Counted from the first letter of the stretch, positions 47,956 through 59,759 are shown. The stretch is DNA of 64,000 nucleotides from Camelus dromedarius (GCF_036321535.1 NC_087438.1:111910001-111974000), one strand, 5' to 3'. Numbers and translations are program-made. Notes: a model not told the origin generated them from the sequence alone.

Positions 47956-50869
47956 GGCTAAAAGGAGCTTTTGCCTGTCTGTTAGAGGCTTTGGCTTTTT
48001 GAGGAACGAACCCCAGATCTGGGCATACCGCCTGATTTTGACTTAGTGGTTTTGAAATTTTGGCTTCTTGTGTCTTTTTCAGTTTTGTTTTATGAACCCC
48101 ATTGGGGGAACTTGTTCACGGTTCTCTGCTTGGTTTCCCCATGGAATCAACAGCAGATGCATACGAACAAGTAGGTACCAAAAGTTCTTTAAACACTAGA
48201 ATTGCGAGGAATTTTGATGGAGCTAGGACTCACTTCCTTTTTCCCTCCTTCTCACCATAAAACTGTAAGAGAGAGGGTTTACCAGCATGAAGGAAATGAG
48301 TAAGTCGGTTTCAAAGTTGCTTCTCAAATTTAACTCCAGGAATGAAAGCCTCACATCTCAGCCTTGACCCTGTGGACTTAGGAAGACAGTTTCAACTGCT
48401 TAGAGGATAGGAAAGAGGCTAAAAGGTGCCTTGGGAAGATTAGGAATCCACTGGACAGAATCGTGAGGATAAACCTCTGATAGATGTGGTCTCTAACCTG
48501 CAGTGAGTTTACATATTCCTAGCCTTGGTTTCTTCACATTCAAAGTTCCTACAAGGGTCAATGAGTTTTTTTCTACATAATTATTCCTAGGTAATTCATA
48601 GGTTGTTTAGAAGGAAAACAATCCTTGCCTCCCCTAGGACCACCCCACTCCAAACTCCTGTAATTTCTTCCTGGGTCCTCTTGCCATTCTTTGCTTTAGC
48701 AGTGGTGAGATCAAAGAAACCAATCTATGGTATAGACTCTGCATCTCTGTAAGATATTATCCAATTGTTTTTGGATTTCCAGAATACCAAACAGAATTAA
48801 AAACAAAGAAACTATGTTTCAAATAACAGAACAATCTGCCCTAAGCAGAGTTTCCAGGAGACAGGGAAAGAAAAGCTTCTTAGCCACTTGCAATGTCCAG
48901 CAAAAGATTCGCCCTTGGAGTCTTGCCCTCAATGAACCAGGTGGAGATGGTGCCGTGTCTTGTCTAGGTTAAATGGCAAGCCTTGTCCAACTAGAGATTT
49001 CATTTTAAATAAAAATGCCAGAGCTTCAAATTTGCTTTCTAAAGCCCCAGTGGGTGTGATTGCATTCTGGTGACATAAGATGGGGCTAAAAACTCTCCAA
49101 AGCTGCTATTCTAGGTGTCTAAACTCACCAGCTAAGATCACAGCAGGGACTACAGACGTCACACCTGGAATCTGGAATGAGCGTTATAAAATTGGCAAGG
49201 CTGAAAAGGCATTAGTAAACATTATTAAGAATTCCTTGCAGGCAATTAGACGCCAACAATATCTTTGGAGTGGGTCTTTTTTCTTCCTTTTTTTTTTTTT
49301 TTTCATCTTTATTTCTATCTTGCTAATGAGAGAGTAATGAGCCACATACTTGTTACCTAGAAGGACTATCTCGGCAAAGCTCTAGTGAACTTAAAAACGG
49401 TATTTACAAACTGATTATTGTTCGCATTCATTTTAAATTTTAAATTAGAAGGAATTGTAATGGAGAGAGCCAGGAAACGAGTTGTTCCTCACTCAGGTTT
49501 CACGGGCCCTTAAACAGTGAAATGCTAAGATTTCTGCCACTGATGAACTGGCCGTGGGAGATGTTCTTAAACTCCGTAAAAGAACGCGTTTCCCAGCTCT
49601 GGATTTGTTTATTCCCCTTGGCTGGCTTACACAATGTGGTTGTCCGAAGTCACATTCAAGGCAATGATGTCTGGTATGTAGGCTCAGGTTTGTTTTCTGT
49701 TGAGAACACTCAGCCATTTTGCCGACTCTCCACTACCCCTTCCTCTGTTTACTCATTCATTTCTTTCTTGAGCTCCCTTCTCTAAAGAGGGAGAGATTTC
49801 AGTTAAGAGGAGCAGGCTCTGGACCTCAGTTGAGACACTCCCCTCCTTGCCTGCAGGCATTGTGCTTCCTACTGACCTGCAGGGACAGGGAGACGAACAT
49901 GCCTGCACAGAGGGCTGGCCTCTGTACCGAGGCTGCGTCTTGGGTCCCAGCACCATTTGGAAGGGATGAAGAGAGGTGGGTTTCATATCCTTTTTCTCTT
50001 CTCGGCCCTTTAGTTTCCCATACCTATTTTTCCTTCTGGCTGTAAGGAAAAGGTGGAGAAGTACAGCTCTGCCATCCATGATCACTTCTTCTAGCTATTG
50101 GCCTGATTTATCATTCTTACTGTTTTTCTTTCGGTTTGGTTTAGCATCCGAGTGTACTTCTTACCCACCTGTGAAGGTCAGTCTGCGCTAAGTAATTTAC
50201 TGGCGTTATTCTATTTGATACTCATGACAGCTAAGGCGACTGAGGCTTTGAGAGCTTGAAAAAATTGATGAAGCAGGGGTTTTAACCCAGGAGGTCAGAC
50301 ATCGGAACACCTGCTCAAGTGTCAGTTGAACTGAAGCAAATGTTCTTACATGCGAATGCTGTATGTCATGCCACTAACAAGAGTGAGTTTAAAATTCTTT
50401 CCATCACGTAAAGGATGTAGTAATGGCCAGAAGAAGTACTGAAATGAGCACAAGAATCTAAAATGGGAGATACTGGTTTCTAAATATTGGGTTCCTATAT
50501 CCAGGAAGCAGATAAGCCCTTTTGACTGGGAAAAAACAAAGAAACATGACAACATGTTTCTCTTTTATGTGGAAGATTAATTTGCATTCAGTTCCCTTCT
50601 TTCAGGTGTCCCCTTGTCTCATAATCTCTGACCGTAGCTGTGTGCCAGCCTATGAGGATTAACGATCAGGGAGCAGTTGTTGCACAGGACCTTGAACCAA
50701 GTCACCAGCTGACACAGAGTGGGCCACAGGCTGTTCTAGGTGGAGTTCCCCGTTGGGAATATGCTTGATCAGAGAGTCCGGACATTGTTGGAGATTACAG
50801 GAGACGCCTGGTAAATCTGAAAGGGCTGGAAAGCCTTCATTCATTTCAGAGAATTAAAAAAATTATCCC

Positions 50870-51125
50870 TCATGTTGTGGAGAATAGCATACTCATTAAA
50901 AGTGTGAGGCTTTGGAAACACAAAAATCTGGCTTAAACTTTGGCTTTGTCTCTTAACATGTGTAATCTAAGGCACATTCTTGACCTCAGTTCTGCCATCC
51001 ATTAAATGGAGATAACAATTCTAAACATCTCACAGGGACAATTCGAGGATCGAATGAAGTAATGTATATAAGCTGCTTTGCCCAGTACAAAGAATATAGT
51101 AAATGCTCAAACAGTATTAGCTTTA
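50870..51125 (+). mobile_element. MIR SINE
   Basis: GGCTTTGGAAAC...TGACCTCAGTTCTGCCATCCATTAAATGGAGATAAC...TCACAGGG...GTAAATGCTCAA. Confidence 0.8.
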
Positions 51126-51784
51126 CGGTTATGTGGCTGTTTTCCTTGGACACCATAGAAATTGTCTGTTGCTGATGTAGGCGTATGATAAAAAAGGCGA
51201 TTTTAAGCTTTAAAGGAGTGCATACGGGACCAATTTGAAGGGCAGTGGGTATCAATAGGAGGGACATAAGGACAAATGAGGGAGCCATAGGATGCCGGGA
51301 GAGAGGATGCTTTATAAAGAATTTCTATCAGCAAGGCAGCACTTGCCTCTGGGTCTAGGAGAGAAATGGCCTCAGGTTATTTCCCAATTTGAAAGGAGCT
51401 AGGACTGGGAGCATCCAGGCATACTATGGATGTGTGGGGGCTTGCCTGGGAGGCGGGCATTTCTCTAGGGATTCTGAATGGTGACTACATTCAGGAGAAA
51501 GGTAAATTAACAAGTCAGAAACCAGACAGAAGCAGAGATGAATGCAACACACACACGCACACGCACACACACAGAGTAAAATAAGTCTTCGCATTTGTAT
51601 GGTTTGTTACGGCTTATAAAATACTTTCATATTCATTACCATTCTGCAGAGCATGGCAAGTCATTAGCTGGATGAATAGAAACCTGGCTTTTAGGACCTA
51701 GGGAATCTAGAAAGACAAAAGTCAAGTAAGGGAGGCAGAGGACCAGATGTGAAACGTCAGCATCAACAAGATTACCTTTAATCA

Positions 51785-51925
51785 AATGATACGATTTTGC
51801 TGAGCCTCAGTTTCTTTATCTGCTACGTGGGAATAATTATGGTATCCGCCTTACCAGGTTGTCACTGGATGAAACAATGAGTGCAAAATGCTTGATGCTC
51901 CTAAGTACTTAACATAGTTGTGAAC
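51785..51925 (+). mobile_element. MIR SINE
   Basis: CTGAGCCTCAGTTTCTTTATCTGC...GGGAATAATTATGGTATCCGCCT. Confidence 0.75.
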
Positions 51926-53629
51926 TGGTCAGCAGCAAGGAATGTCTGGACTGTTTAGTGAGGAGAGGTGCCTGGACACAGATTCTGAACATAATTAAGA
52001 GAAGAGAAAGTGGGAAAGGGAGGTGGCAAAAAGAATTGTCCTACTTGGTATTTTTTGGGCCTAATTTGGACTTGGCAAAGCTAGAAGCAGGACTCCCCAA
52101 CCAGTACTCCTTCTGCTGTAACAGACCCACTTTCTAATTACTGGACCTAAGTAGAGACCTCTGTCCCCCCCACCCCCGTAGATGGTACCTGGCACATGAG
52201 ACATCCACCTGGCCTCACTTCGTCTCAGTGAGTGCCTGTTCAAGACACCACGTCCTTGGTGTGAGATCTCAGGCCCCCACAGAGGGTTAAGCTGAAACAC
52301 CCTGTCCCTCTGGTTCAGAAAGGAGGAGATCTTTTGGTCCATTTCTGAAGAAGTTGGCAGAGCTTGTTGGAAATACTGATGAGTGGTCAAAGCTTCGGCC
52401 AGGCCTGGGAGTTCTCTCTGTAAGTTCCTTTGGGGAATGAGAGCTTGTCCTTGACTCTAGTCTTAATAGATCTCTGGTAAAGTTTCTCTGTCCCTTAGTT
52501 AGGGGACAGCATTCATTAGCAGTGTCCTCAGCAACTCCTGGGATCACGGAGCCCAGGCTACACGTTTACCACTTTCGCCTCTAGGACACTCCTCCTTGAG
52601 ATCAGATCTCATCAACTGTTCTCTTCTTAACTCATTGTCTTTCCATCCATCCATCTAACCACCCCTTCATTTAATATGAATGCTTTCTTCATATTAGACT
52701 TTGTACCTGGTTCTAGAAAACTCTTAGCCTTGGCTTCTATTGCTAACCTGTACAGACTTACCGATTTCTATGATCATTTGATGTCTTCCAACCTCTTTCA
52801 ACATAGTAGAGTTCTGGATCTCATCAACTTGGCCTTCTCATATCTCATGATTATCTAGGCTGATGGCCTAATTCTGGAAGCCTTAATTTTCAGGGGCGAG
52901 GCTTCTTGAGGCTTCAATGGAGTGTTAGTTTTGGATATAGATTGAATGTTTCCTTCATTTTAAGTGAAGGAAATGAGCAGATTGGTTGTCTAGTGTTGAG
53001 AATGGGGTCCAACAGTTGAGGCTTGGTTGACCTAGTCTTTGCTATCAGTTGGCAGGTAAGGAAAAAAATATGCTGAAACTTTTTCCTGATTGCACATTTC
53101 CGGGCCCCTTTCTACAGTCACCAAAGTATAATACCGTCTTCAAAGAGGCTACTTTCCTTTGTGAGGAAAACAAAGTAATCAACCAAAATGCTGAAAAATC
53201 ATTCAATCAGTCATTCTTGTTAATCAGTTTTGAAACATTGTTTATAGAAGAGGTGCTAAAGAGTTTTCATATCTCTGACTCCCAAGTCATCAATACTGTC
53301 ATGAGGGGCCAGGGAGTAAGCTTGATGTCTTAATGTCTAAATCACTTTTTTTTTTTTTTTTTGTAAATTGTAAGATCCAGCCTTTATCTGTGTCCAGGCA
53401 TCTGTTAATATGTAGGTAGAGATAAGATTGCTAGCCATTGATTCTTACCTCATCCCTTAGTGCCCCATCCTAAAAAAAAAAAAAGCCTATTGTGTGGTCA
53501 CCAGACAGAGATGTCCAATTTGGGGAATCTTCATTTGAACACTTACCTGGCACCACCACTGACTCTCGGCAACATTCAGGCCTTAGTAGAGAGTAACGTC
53601 TCTTACAATACAAAATCATCCAGTTCTAG

Positions 53630-54350
53630 TCTGGTCACCACTTCTTGACGGGGTTTGGACCCAAACCCCGGTGTGGCCTTCCCACCTGTTCTCTGGTTTT
53701 CCTGCTCCATTTGCGGTTCTCATAAAGACGGTAAGCAATTAGGCTGTTCTGTTGTGGCACATGGTAGTGTAAAATTATGGAATTTAGGATTTTAATGAGT
53801 TCAGGTGCCATACAAAAGAGCTCACCCCTACTCCTACCCCCACTCCTTGTCCATAAAATTATATGGNNNNNNNNNNNNNNNNNNNNNNNNNNNNNNNNNN
53901 NNNNNNNNNNNNNNNNNNNNNNNNNNNNNNNNNNNNNNNNNNNNNNNNNNNNNNNNNNNNNNNNNNNNNNNNNNNNNNNNNNNNNNNNNNNNNNNNNNTG
54001 CAGCACATGTTGGCGATCCCGAGTTTGCTGCTGGAACTTGAAAGATAAACATGAACCTGTTTCGACAGAGGAAAGTCTGTTCACAGCAAGGAGCTGACCC
54101 TGTGCTTTAAACAAGGATGATGGCGTGGCCGCCTGCTGTGCCCTGCTCTGTGTTGCTGTTTGGTGGTGAGCGTTACATAAAGAGGAGACCAAAGAATGAG
54201 AACTGGGGCAAAAGGAATCAGCAACAGACCCCCAGGAGAAGGCAGGACTTGGCTCTTGCATCCAGCATTCTTGGGCCCAATTAGCCGGGCCACTGGAGCA
54301 GGCCAGATTCTTCACATGTATTTTCAGAGGTGAAAGCTCTTTTGCCCCAG
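53630..54350. promoter_or_regulatory. Enhancer-like unique sequence with palindromes (interrupted by gap)
   Basis: CGGGGTTTGG-AC-CCAAACCCCG (53649-53670), CCATAAAATTATATGG (53851-53866), elevated CpG, no repeat recognised. Confidence 0.35.
53867..53998. other. Assembly gap (132 N)
   Basis: Run of N. Confidence 1.
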
Positions 54351-55208
54351 AACTAAGTAATGTAGGGGAAAAGGATGCAATTTATGATGACCGAGTAGTT
54401 CTGAGACTTACGTCCTTTTAAATGTATGTGCTTGTGTCCCCGGAGCTCCTGCCAAGTCCTGCGCTTGCCCTAGGTGTGTGGAGAAGGGAAGGACAAACAG
54501 AGGGGATCCTTGTGTGTTGGGATTCCCTGCAAGGCAGATGGCTTTTGCTTTGGCCTAGAGCCAGCAAACTCATTGCAAATTCCAGCTGTTTCCTTGGCCC
54601 AGGTATTCCCTGGCGGATGGAATGTTGTGTAACATATATTTCTTAGCTGACTTTTTGTGGGAGTGGGCATCCTGGGTTGACTTGTCCCTGTCTGCTTCAA
54701 ATGGAAGGAGAGGCACTGTAGGTAACAGTGACAGTGGCTTTGTGACAACGTGGCAGAGATTGATACTTACATCTGTGGGGTCAGTTAATTAACTGGGACT
54801 AATGATGATGTAAACTGCCCGAAGCAGACATGACTAACCTCCTTTCTCCTTCTACTAAATAAAAGGAGAGACTTTTGGAGTGAGTCTCATTGTCTTCTTT
54901 GCCCTCTGTTTTTCCCTTAGAACTCTGTCCGTCTTGGTGCTTCATGGCCAAGAGTTAATAGTAAGTGGGGGGGACCCGTTAGTGAATCTCAGGCTAAAGG
55001 CATTCAGTGCTTCTGTGCGTTTCAAGAACTTTATCCCAGGGCAGTCTTCCGTATCGGGCACTGGCCCAGAGAAAAGATCTGTCAGCACTAGATGATTTTC
55101 TTAACCTGGAAAAATATTAATGATCCCAGAGACATGATTTTTTTGTCTTTTCAGATGACTACTGTTCAATCTGTCAACTCAGAAGTCTAAAAGAAAACTC
55201 ATATACTC

Positions 55209-55243
<35 letters not shown>

Positions 55244-55245
55244 GC
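55209..55245. repeat. (CA)n microsatellite
   Basis: About 15 uninterrupted CA units then CGCACGCA. Confidence 0.95.
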
Positions 55246-56059
55246 AAATGGTGCATCATTATTAATAAATGAATGGAGCTATTTGTTATTTATTATTTAA
55301 ACCTTCAATACTGGCTAGCCTGAGTGATACATGAAATATAGGCAAGTAATTTATTTATTAGGGAAAATAATGATTTTTCCCCCCACAGCATAACCCTCTC
55401 TGACCCCAAACAGCAAGGGCTTTATCAAATACAAATAGGATGGCTTGTAATTTTAGAGTCTTCCAGAGCATTGTAACTGACAACCTTTTTAACATAAGTA
55501 CATTGAACAAATAATTTATAGACATATTCTGGGAATATTTTAGGGAATTTTATGACTACTTCTGAAAGCTATGGCATGTTATCGATTTTGGTGTATTAAT
55601 ATAACCTAAAAGGGAGGGCATACACTCAACTCCTAATCCACATCAGCTTTGATGGCAAACAATATATTTTACTGAAAGGAGCCCTGAGCCAAAGCAGCAG
55701 AGGTTAACAATTACACATCATAGCCAGAAGTTTAAGATAATGAATTCCACTCATCACAGACTCTCCACGTTGGGGACCGAAACAAATCTCTCTACTTAGG
55801 GTTTCATCCAAATTTCTCGCTCATTGTTTGTCAGCATGAGCTTCCCTTTCCTTCAGCCCATTCCTCTCCTGCCACTTCCGTGGGATTCGTGGAGCCCACC
55901 TCCTGCTGAAAGGACCACCTTTTCTAAAAACATATTTTCGGATTGGGAGTTTGGGGTTGTATTCCTCCTTATATTACTTGCTTCTGTTTGGTGGTTTGTA
56001 GATGGTTAATGCTTGTGTTATCAACACCTTGTTTACATTTGATATTTTAAAATCACTCC

Positions 56060-56580
56060 TCTCTCTGTTATATTTAGACCCAGAGCTTTGTTACACAGGG
56101 ATTATTGTCCGCAATTCTGACGCCAGCTCTCAGGCGTCTCAGATTTTTCTCACTATCTTCATCCATCCCTGAGAACTCAGTGCTTAAGCCATGCCGGTCT
56201 CTCACTGTCTCTGGGGCTCACCCTCTCATTCCTGCCTTTACGCCTGTGATGTCACTGCCCTTCTCTTTTTTGCCATCTCATCTTTTTGTGCATGAAGGTT
56301 TTCCTGACCCCTCCAATAATAATTATCTTCTTCTCTGGGCCTCTGTACAACTCGACGTCTCCCCCTTATGATTTAGCACTTCTCTGTCACGTGTGGCCTA
56401 GAATTCGTCCTAATGTCTCTTTAACGTACATCATTTATCCTGGACTGACTCTGAGTAATTTGAGGAAAGGAATTACATAGATTAAGTTTCCTTGTCACCC
56501 CACATCGCTTAGGATGTAGCTGAATAGATACCGGCAACTCAGCATGTCCCAAATTCAGTAAACACCAAATTTAAGTTACA
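56060..56580 (+). mobile_element. L2 3' fragment
   Basis: GATGTCACTGCCCTTCTC...GTTTTCCTGACCCC...TTTGAGGAAAGGAATTACA...CTCAGCATGTCCCAAATTCAGTAAACAC. Confidence 0.6.
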
Positions 56581-56769
56581 CTGAAATCTAAGGAGTAACA
56601 GTAACAGTTTTCAGCATACGACTTAACCTGTCTCCCTCTAATGATTCAAAAATCGCAGTGTGATCAGAAATTCTACAAAATTACGTCGGCCTAGTTATTG
56701 GCGATGAGCTTTCTTTAATATTATTCTTTAATGTGAAAAATTATCACTTTAAATACAACAAATTCTCCT

Positions 56770-57044
56770 GTTAGAAAGATCTGAAAATTTGGAAAAGCTG
56801 AAAGAAGAAAATAAAATAATCTCACATAACCCCTTCACCCATAGTGCGCACTGTTAACACCTTGGTGTATACCCAGACTTCTTGTGTGCATACGTGTAGG
56901 TTTATGTGTATACACACTTTTATGTATATTGTTATTACTGCCCCCATTAACTTCTTAGAGTAAGTTCCCAGAAAGAATTTCCTGGGACAGAAGGGTATAT
57001 ATAACCTAAAAAGATAAGTATGTGTGCACAGGTGTCTGTGTGTG

Positions 57045-57077
<33 letters not shown>

Positions 57078-57415
57078 GGTACTTTAAAAAAGTATTACAC
57101 ACTATGCACCCTTTTGTAACCTGTTTTTCCACATGTCAATAGTGTGGTTTTAATGGCTGCATATTAAGTCATTGTACCTTCATTTACTTAACCAGTGAAT
57201 TATTAGTGAACATTTAGGGTTTTCAACTTTTCACTCCTACAAACAGTGCTAAAAATGAGCTTTCTTGTAGGTAAATATTTGTGCACATTTTTCATGATTT
57301 CCTCAGGATAGATTCCTAGAAGTGGAATTTCCAGGGCAAAGGGGCATGCATATTTTAAGGCACTTAAGGCACATTGCCAAACTGCTTTAGAAAGGTGGCA
57401 TGCATTTTTAGAACT
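56770..57415 (-). mobile_element. L1ME 3' end with internal (TG)n (57035-57075)
   Basis: TTTTAATGGCTGCATA...GAACATTTAGGGTTTTC...GGATAGATTCCTAGAAGTGGAATT...ACATTGCCAAACTGCTTT. Confidence 0.85.
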
Positions 57416-57969
57416 GTGAGTGGTAATTGAGACCGCTGTTTCCCCACCCCACCCCTGTCACTCCAAAGTTATTCCACTTGAACTTGAAGAACCAAGGTTG
57501 AGAGAACGTAACTGGGTTTACGGTGAGGGATGTGAACAACCGCCAGTGTGCTGCCACAGTAGCTTCCTAAAAGACAGACCTGATTTGTCGCTCGCCTGCT
57601 TTTTAAAGTTCTTCTTTGCCTCTTCTGCCTGAGGAACCAGTTCCTACTCCTCGGCTAGACCTTTTGTAATCTGTCCTCAATGTATGGCTGAGCATCATTC
57701 CTCTCCAGCTATGCACTGTGAGCTCCCTCTGTACCAAATATCTCACCTTGGCCAGAACAGACCCTACACTCTCATACCTCTTCAGTTTTGCATCCAGGGG
57801 CAATAATCATCGATACAGAAGCATTTGTTATAGTTACGGATTGGTTGTTAGATAAGTGGAGCACTGGGCGATAGGTGGAGGAGAGGGAGGATGGTCTGGA
57901 AGATGGCACTGTGCCCGCCTCCAGCGTAAAGGGACTTCACTTCTTCTAAATGAGTGCCAGCAAGAAACC

Positions 57970-58317
57970 TGTTAGAACCCGACCGCCATGACTGCGTGGT
58001 CGCAGAAAGGACTTAACCAGACACGAACCAGTGCTCGTTATATTATAATTAACTCTGCGGTCTAGGCCCCCCATGGGTTTTTCTGTGTACACCATGGGTA
58101 AGGACATGCGCAAAGGGACCAGACATGACTAAGCACTCCAGGGACAAGAGCCGTCAATCAGTCAAGAGACCACCTCTAAGCGAAGGTGTAAGAGAAAGGG
58201 GAGACAAAACCCACTGCTTTTCCTCCATTGGATCAGCCGCCTCCCGTTCTTAGAGGTGCGCTTTTTCTTTTTAAAATAAATCTTTTAAGTCTTTGGTGAC
58301 ACAGTGCACCGACTGCA
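57970..58317 (+). mobile_element. CpG-rich solo LTR of an unidentified, probably young ERV
   Basis: TG...CA ends, 4-bp flanks AACC/AACT, order TCAATCA (58154) - TGTAAGAG (58187) - GTGCGCTTTT...AATAAA (58275); 14 CpG in 348 bp. Confidence 0.65.
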
Positions 58318-58529
58318 AACTTACCTGGTGGGTATGACAAGAACTGGGTCTTTAGCTTTTGAGGTAACAGATTAATTAAGTAATGATGGCCAAGTGCATT
58401 TGTCAAAAGAGGAAAAGAACTGTGAATCAGTGAAAACTCTATGTTATCAAGTCTTGATTGCTTATTGTGATATAAATAAAATAGCAGCTCACATTCCTCC
58501 TGTGCCAAGTAACATGTCATGTGCTTTCC

Positions 58530-58685
58530 TCGGATTATCATTTGAAGTTATGTTATTGTTCCCACATTATAGATGAGGAACCTGAGATTCAGAAAGGTTA
58601 AGTAACTTGGCCAAGGACATGACTAGACAGTGGTAGACTTGGGGTTTGAAATATAGACAGCAGTGCTCTTAACCATACCGCACCA
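58530..58685 (-). mobile_element. MIR SINE
   Basis: CCCACATTATAGATGAGGAACCTGAGATTCAGAAAGGTTAAGTAACTTGGCCAAGG. Confidence 0.9.
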
Positions 58686-58900
58686 TTTTGTCTACCAAGG
58701 TCCCTCACTGAGTCTCTTGGCCACCTTCTGGGTTCACTCCGGGAGCTCTGCACGGGATGAAGGAGTTTCTACTGGTTTAAAAAAAAGACAAGAGTCCTGT
58801 TGTATTTTTGGAATTCAAGATTAAGATGCATAGTTCAGGCTTTAAAATGAAAAGTTAAAATGTCTGATTGTGACTTTAAGTTTGCCTTATCCCTGTAGTT

Positions 58901-59068
58901 CAGGGTTTCTTAATCACGGCACTGTTGACATATTGGGCTGGAGCATTCTTTGTTGAGGGACAATGTCCTTTGCATCCCATGCCCCCAGTTGTAACAACCT
59001 GAAATGTCTCTAGACATTGTAAATATTTCTAAATGGGGACAGGCAAAATCATTCCTAGAGAGCCACTG
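58901..59068 (-). mobile_element. MER20 (hAT-Charlie), internally deleted
   Basis: CAGGGTTTCTTAATCACGGCACTGTTGACAT...CAGTTGTAACAACCTGAAATGTCTCTAGACATTG...GGCAAAATC...GAGCCACTG. Confidence 0.9.
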
Positions 59069-59139
59069 GTCTAGCTGGAAGGATGCAGTGGACTTCAGTC
59101 ATTGTTTATGGCTGGTAGCAGCTGAACACTTTTCCTGTT

Positions 59140-59290
59140 ATTTGGAAATTCCCACCGTGTGAGACATTTCTGGTTGTCACAACCAGGAGCGGGTTGTGCT
59201 GCCGGCATCCCGTGGGCTGAGGCACATCCTCCAATGCACAGGACAGCCCCCCGCAACACAGCATGCTCCAGTCCAAAACGTTAGTAGTTC
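59140..59290 (+). mobile_element. MER20 (hAT-Charlie), end-truncated
   Basis: GAGACATTTCTGGTTGTCACAACC...CATCCTCCAATGCACAGGACAGCCCCCCGCAAC. Confidence 0.9.
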
Positions 59291-59464
59291 CTTCAGCTTT
59301 GTGAGCTACTCCAGTGCCCTTCTGACAAATTCCTTTGGTTTTGACTTAAGCGGGTTCAGTAACTTGGAACTGACAAAGGATCTCATGGCGTGGACATTTT
59401 TAGAGTCTGATAATATGCAGAAGTCCTGTAAGAATGGCTTTGCATGTGGCGATGTTTGGTTATG

Positions 59465-59570
59465 TAATAAATTGTTATTAAGCACCTGCTATGTGCCAGG
59501 CACTGTGCTAAGTGCTGGGAATAGAACAGTCAGATGCCCAACAGGGCGCCTATGCTCTTCACGCTTTCAA
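59465..59570 (-). mobile_element. L2 3' end
   Basis: TTATTAAGCACCTGCTATGTGCCAGGCACTGTGCTAAGTGCTGGG. Confidence 0.85.
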
Positions 59571-59759
59571 CCCGACCGGACAGACAGCCAAGGGTGAGGA
59601 AGAGCACAGAATGTGAGGGGCAGAGTGTCAAGGCCACCTTACCCAGTTTGAGGGAGTGTTCGGGTCAGAATCCCCAGACGAAAAGATGTTTAAGCTGAAG
59701 CCTGAAAGAGGAGAAGGGGTAACCCAGGAAAGAGAATGTGGAAGGTAATTCTGTGCAGA

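Noticed and set aside
10765-53998. Idea that the N runs are masked exons
   Set aside because: None has AG/GT (plus) or AC/CT (minus) at its edges.
10600-54315. ORFs spanning the N gaps (10.6-11.1, 29.9-30.7, 53.6-54.3 kb)
   Set aside because: Their length is an artefact of X translation through unknown bases.
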